Made by a program: the position numbers and the translations under genes. Below the pieces are notes generated by a model, which saw only the letters and a program-made list of their open reading frames with translations, was not told the DNA's origin and searched no databases. A DNA stretch of 64,000 nucleotides from Ranitomeya imitator (taxonomy: Eukaryota): contig NC_091287.1 of the NCBI RefSeq assembly GCF_032444005.1, positions 559,798,001 through 559,862,000 of the forward strand. The letters run 5' to 3'. Positions 58,505 through 64,000 of the stretch are shown piece after piece (position 1 is the stretch's first letter; each line of letters begins with the position of its first letter).

Positions 58505-61500
58505 TCACAACAGTACCCCCCCTTGAGGAGGGGTCACCGAACCCTCACCAGAGCCCCCAGGCCGACCAGGATGAGCCACATGAAAGGCACGAACCAGATC
58601 GGCAGCATGGACATCAGAGGCAAAGACCCAGGAATTATCTTCCTGACCATAACCTTTCCACTTAACCAGATACTGGAGTTTCCGTCTTGAAACACGAGAA
58701 TCCAAAATCTTCTCCACTATATACTCCAACTCCCCTTCAACCAAAACCGGAGCAGGAGGATCAACAGATGGAACCACAGGTGCCACGTATCTCCGCAACG
58801 ATGACCTATGGAACACGTTATGAATGGAAAAATAAGCTGGAAGAGTCAAACGAAAAGACACAGGATTAAGAACCTCAGAAATCTTATACAGACCAATGAA
58901 ACGAGGCTTAAACTTAGCAGAGGAAACCTTCATAGGAATATAACGAGATGACAACCAAACCAAATCCCCAACACGAAGTCGGGGACCCACACAGCGCCTG
59001 CGGTTAGCGAAACGTTGAGCCTTCTCCTGGGACAAAGTCAAATTGTCCACTACATGAGTCCAAATCTGCTGCAACCTATCCACCACAGTATCCACACCAG
59101 GACAGTCCGAAGACTCAACCTGCCCTGAAGAGAAACGAGGGTGGAACCCAGAATTGCAGAAAAACGGCGAAACCAAAGTAGCCGAGCTGGCCCGATTATT
59201 AAGGGCGAACTCAGCCAAAGGCAAAAAGGACACCCAATCATCCTGATCAGCAGAAACAAAACATCTCAGATATGTTTCCAAGGTCTGATTGGTTCGTTCA
59301 GTCTGGCCATTAGTCTGAGGATGGAAAGCCGAGGAAAAAGACAAATCAATGCCCATCCTAACATAAAAGGCTCGCCAAAACCTCGAAACAAACTGGGAAC
59401 CTCTGTCAGAAACGATGTTCTCTGGAATGCCATGTAAACGAACCACATGCTGGAAAAACAATGGCACCAAATCAGAGAAGGAAGGCAATTTAGACAAGGG
59501 CACCAAATGGACCATCTTAGAGAAGCGATCCCAAACCACCCAAATGACCGACATTCTTTGAGAGACGGGGAGATCCGAAATAAAAATCCATAGAGATATG
59601 TGTCCAAGGCCTCTTCGGGACCGGCAAGGGCAAAAGCAACCCACTGGCACGAGAACAGCAGGGCTTAGCCCGAGCATAAATCCCACAGGACTGCACAAAA
59701 GAACGCACATCCCGCGACAGAGACGGCCACCAAAAGGATCTAGCCACCCAATCTCTGGTACCAAAGATTCCAGGATGACCAGCCAACACCGAACAATGAA
59801 CCTCAGAGATAACTTTATTCGTCCACCTATCAGGGACAAACAGTCTCTCCGCTGGGCAACGGTCAGGTCTATTAACCTGAAATTTTTGCAGCACCCGCCG
59901 CAAATCAGGGGAGATGGCAGACAAAATTACCCCCTCTTTGAGAATACCCGCCGGCTCAGGCAAACCCGGAGAATCGGGCACAAAACTCCTAGACAGGGCA
60001 TCCGCCTTCACATTTTTAGAGCCCGGAAGGTACGAAACCACAAAGTCAAAACGGGAGAAAAACAGCGACCAACGAGCCTGTCTAGGATTCAACCGTTTAG
60101 CAGACTCGAGATAAGTCAAGTTCTTGTGATCAGTCAAGACCACCACGCGATGCTTAGCTCCTTCAAGCCAATGACGCCACTCCTCAAATGCCCACTTCAT
60201 GGCTAGCAACTCTCGATTGCCAACATCATAATTTCGCTCAGCGGCGAAAATTTCCTGGAAAAGAAGGCGCATGGTTTCATCACCGAGCAATCAGAACTTT
60301 TCTGCGACAAAACAGCCCCTGCTCCAATTTCAGAAGCATCAACCTCGACCTGGAACGGAAGCGAAACATCTGGTTGGCACAACACAGGGGCAGAAGAAAA
60401 ACTACGCTTCAACTCCTGAAAAGCTTCCACAGCAGCAGAAGACAAATTGACCACATCAGCACCCTTCTTGGTTAAATCAGTCAACGGTTTAGCAATACTA
60501 GAAAGATTATTGATGAAGCGACGATAAAAATTAGCAAAGCCCAGGAACTTCTGCAGACTCTTCAGAGATGTTGGCTGAGTCCAATCATAAATGGCCTGAA
60601 CTTTAACAGGGTCCATCTCGATAGTAGAAGGAGAAAAAATGAACCCCAAAAATGAAACCTTCTGAACACCAAAGAGACATTTTGACCCCTTCACAAACAA
60701 AGAATTCGCACGCAGGACCTGGAACACCATTCTGACCTGCTTCACGTGAGACTCCCAATCATCCGAGAAGACCAAAATATCATCCAAGTATACAATCAGG
60801 AATTTATCCAGGTATTCTCGGAAGATGTCATGCATAAAGGACTGAAACACAGATGGAGCATTAGAAAGCCCGAATGGCATAACCAGGTACTCAAAATGGC
60901 CCTCGGGCGTATTAAATGCTGTTTTCCATTCATCGCCCGGTTTAATACGCACAAGATTATATGCACCACGAAGATCTATCTTGGTGAACCAACTAGCCCC
61001 CTTAATCCGAGCAAACAAATCAGACAGCAACGGCAAGGGGTACTGAAATTTGACCGTAATTTTATTTAGAAGGCGGTAATCAATACAAGGTCTCAGCGAA
61101 CCATCCTTCTTGGCCACAAAAAAGAATGACGGGCGAATATGACCCTTCTCCAAGGACTCCTTCACGTAACTCCGCATAGCGGCGTGCTCAGGTACAGATA
61201 AATTAAACAGTCGACCCTTAGGAAACTTACTACCAGGAATCAAATCGATAGCACAATCACAATCCCTGTGCGGAGGTAGGGCATCGGACTTGGGCTCATC
61301 GAATACATCCCGGTAATCAGACAAGAACTCTGGGACCTCAGAAGGGGTGGATGATGAGATAAACAGAAATGGAACATCACCATGTACCCCCTGACAACCC
61401 CAGCTGGACACAGACATTGATTTCCAATCTAATACTGGGTTATGGACTTGTAGCCATGGCAACCCCAACACGACCATATCATGCAGATTATGCAACACCA

Positions 61501-62551
61501 GAAAGCGAATATCCTCCTGATGCCCAGGAGCCATGCACATGGTCAGCTGGGTCCAATACTGAGGCTTATTCTTGGCCAAAGGCGTAGCATCAATTCCTCT
61601 CAATGGAATAGGACACTGCAAGGGCTCCAAGACAAACCCACAGCGCCTAGCATACTCCAAGTCCATCAAATTCAGGGCAGCGCCTGAATCCACAAATGCC
61701 ATGACAGAATAGGAAGACAAAGAGCAGATCAAAGTAACGGACAAAAGAAATTTCGACTGTACCGTACCAATGGTGGCAGACCTAGCGAACCGCATAGTGC
61801 GCTTAGGACAATCGGAGATAGCATGAGTGGAATCACCACAGTAGAAACACAGCCCATTCTGACGTCTGTGTTCTTGCCTTTCAGCTCTGGTCAAAGTCCT
61901 ATCGCACTGCATAGGCTCAGGTTTATGCTCTGATAATACCGCCAAATGGTGCACAGATTTACGCTCACGCAAGCGTCGACCGATCTGAATGGCCAAAGAC
62001 ATAGACTCATTCAGACCAGCAGGCATAGGAAATCCCACCATGACATCCTTAAGGGCTTCAGAGAGACCCTTTCTGAAAATAGCTGCCAGCACACATTCAT
62101 TCCATTGAGTGAGCACGGACCACATTTTAAACTTCTGACAATAAATCTCTAACTCATCCTGACCCTGACACAGAGCCAGCAAATTTTTCTCTGCCTGATC
62201 CACTGAATTAGGTTCATCGTACAGCAATCCGAGCGCCAGAAAAAACGCATCAATATTACATAATGCAGGATTTTCTGGCGCAAGGGAAAATGCCCAGTCT
62301 TGAGGGTCGCCACGTAATAAAGAAATAATGATCTTAACTTGTTGAACTGGGTCACCAGAGGAGCGGGGTTTCAAAGCCAGAAATAGTTTACAATTATTTT
62401 TAAAATTCAAAAACTTAGCTCTATCTCCAGAAAATAACTCAGGAATAGGAATTTTAGGTTCTAACATAGGATTCTGAACCACTAAATCTTGAATGTTCTG
62501 TACATTTATAGCGAGATTATCCATCAAAGAGAACAGACCCTGAATGTCCAT
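58505..62551 (-). pseudogene. pol: Gag-Pol of Gypsy-2 (Gag, CCHC, protease, RT, RNase H, integrase, chromodomain), two frameshifts
   Basis: ATG at 62551 (MDIQGLFS); CFYCGDSTHAISDC; FVDSGA; YLDDIL; VEVDAS; HSDRGSQF-like VSDRGSQF / TERTNQ; EYIVEKILDSR...YLVKWKGYGQEDNSW. Frameshifts near 60240 and 59585. Confidence 0.93.
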
Positions 62552-62675
62552 GTCCACACTTGTGTTCTGAACCACCCTGATGTAAAGGGGAAAAGAAAGA
62601 CAGAACACAGTGCAAAGAAAAAAAAATGGTCTCAGAACTTCTCTTTTCCCTCTATTGAGAAGCATTAGTACTTTG

Positions 62676-62685
62676 GGCCTCCAGT
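62676..62685 (-). promoter_or_regulatory. Self-priming primer-binding site
   Basis: Minus-strand ACTGGAGGCC, 2 nt after the 5' LTR, is complementary to GGCCTCCAGT in the same LTR (63316-63325), which lies 29 nt downstream of TATTTAA (63354-63348). Confidence 0.75.
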
Positions 62686-64000
62686 ACTGTTATGAACAGG
62701 TAATTCAGAACCACAATGGACCTTGAAGTTCAGAGCACACAAAGTGACCTGACAATTACCAAAAACATAGGACGAGCTCTGAGACGTGGTAACTCTGCTG
62801 ACCGCAATCCCTAATCCTATCCAACCACAGTAGAGGTAGCCGTGGAGCGCTCCTGACCAGTCCTATGCGCCTCGAGCACAGCCTGAGAAACTAGCTAGCC
62901 CTAAGAAAGAAAAATAAGCCTAGCTTGCCTCAGAGAAATACCCCAAAGGAAAAGGCAGCCCCCCACATATAATGACTGTGAGTTGAGATGAAAATACAAA
63001 CGCAGAGATGAAATAGATTTAGCAAAGTGAGGCCCAACTTACTGAACAGACCGAAGATAGGAAAGATTGCTTTGCGGTCAACACAAAACCCTACAAACAA
63101 CCACGCAGAGGGGGCAAAAAGACCCTCCGCACCGACTAACGGTACGGAGGTGCTCCCTCTGCGTCCCAGAGCCTCCAGCAAGCAAGACAAACCAATATAG
63201 CAAGCTGGACAGAAAAAATAGCAAACAAAAATAACACAAGCAAAACTTAGCTTATGCAGGATAGTCAGGCCACAGGAACGATCCAGGAGAAAGCAAGACC
63301 AATACTAGAACATTGACTGGAGGCCAGGATCAAAGCACTACGTGGAGTTAAATAGAGCAGCACCTAACGACTTAACCCCTTCACCTGAGGAAGGAAACTC
63401 AGAAGCCGCCGTACCACTCTCATCCACCAAAGGAAGCTCATAGACAGAACCAGCCAAAGTACCAGTCACGACCACAGGAGGGAGCTTGGCCACAGAATTC
63501 ACAACAGCTCTCATAGAAATCACTGCACTCTCATAGAAATCACTGCGCTCTGATAGAAATCACTGCACTCTCATTGAAATCACTGCGCTCTGATAGAAAT
63601 CACTGCACTCTCATTGAAATCACTGTGCTCTGATAGAAATCACTGCACTCTCATAGAAATCACTGCGCTCTCATAGGAATCACTGCACTCTCATAGAAAT
63701 CACTGCGCTCTGATAGAAATCACTGTGCTCTGATAGAAATCACTGCGCTCTGATAGAAATCACTGCGCTCTCATAGAAATCACTGCACTTTCATAGAAAT
63801 CACTGCACTCTCATAGAAATCACTGCGCTCTTATAGAAATCACTGCGTTCTGATAGAAATCACTGCGCTCTCATAGAAATCACTGTGCCCTCATAGAAAT
63901 CACTGCATTCTGATAGAAATCACTGCACTCTCATAGAAATCACTGCGCTCTCATAGAAATCACTGCACTCATAGAAATCACTGCGCTCTCATAGAAATCA

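Larger units (their letters stand above)
57695..63506 (-). mobile_element. Full-length chromoviral Ty3/Gypsy (Tf1/sushi group) LTR retrotransposon 'Gypsy-2'
   Basis: LTRs 57695-58512 (818 bp) and 62688-63506 (819 bp), TG...CA; flanking GCTCTC duplication; PPT AAGGGGGGG next to 58512; fused gag-pol with chromodomain. Confidence 0.97.
50197..64000. repeat. 20-bp satellite (GAAATCACTGCRCTCTCATA)n, about 8 kb in the window, interrupted by Gypsy-2 and continuing past the window end
   Basis: Direct periodicity at 50197-57694 and 63507-64000; 18-bp deletion variants and rare marker units. Confidence 0.97.

Overview
Eukaryotic, repeat-saturated DNA. The transposon families look like those of an anuran amphibian (inference, not verifiable here). 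No host gene can be identified with confidence. Nearly all of the window is transposable elements (TEs) and tandem repeats, and removing insertions by their target-site duplications (TSDs) resolves much of it. (1) About 3030-20520 is one old Tc1 element carrying a five-level nest: a non-autonomous Helitron, a MITE, a full-length Ty3/Gypsy provirus (4462-11813, tRNA-Ser PBS), a solo LTR, two nested hAT MITEs, a Penelope-like hairpin, a second Helitron-like element and a younger Tc1 with its own MITE. (2) 21840-33640 holds several minisatellites, a degenerate 8-codon repeat split by a solo LTR, and a Penelope-like fragment. (3) 34729-42810 is a Tc1 cluster, including a DD38E element and a copy interrupted by a TTAA-flanked piggyBac-like composite that spans an N gap. 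(4) 43095-47876 holds a second Penelope-like inverted repeat, a MITE and a gag-only Gypsy derivative. (5) 50190-64000 is a 20-bp satellite containing a chromodomain-bearing Tf1/sushi-type LTR retrotransposon (57695-63506) with a self-priming site. The most novel-looking signal is a hammerhead-ribozyme-shaped motif with a non-canonical core (CCGUYGAA instead of CUGANGA). It is conserved, with a fully replaced stem II, in two different Penelope-like fragments. Coordinates and difference counts were read by eye.
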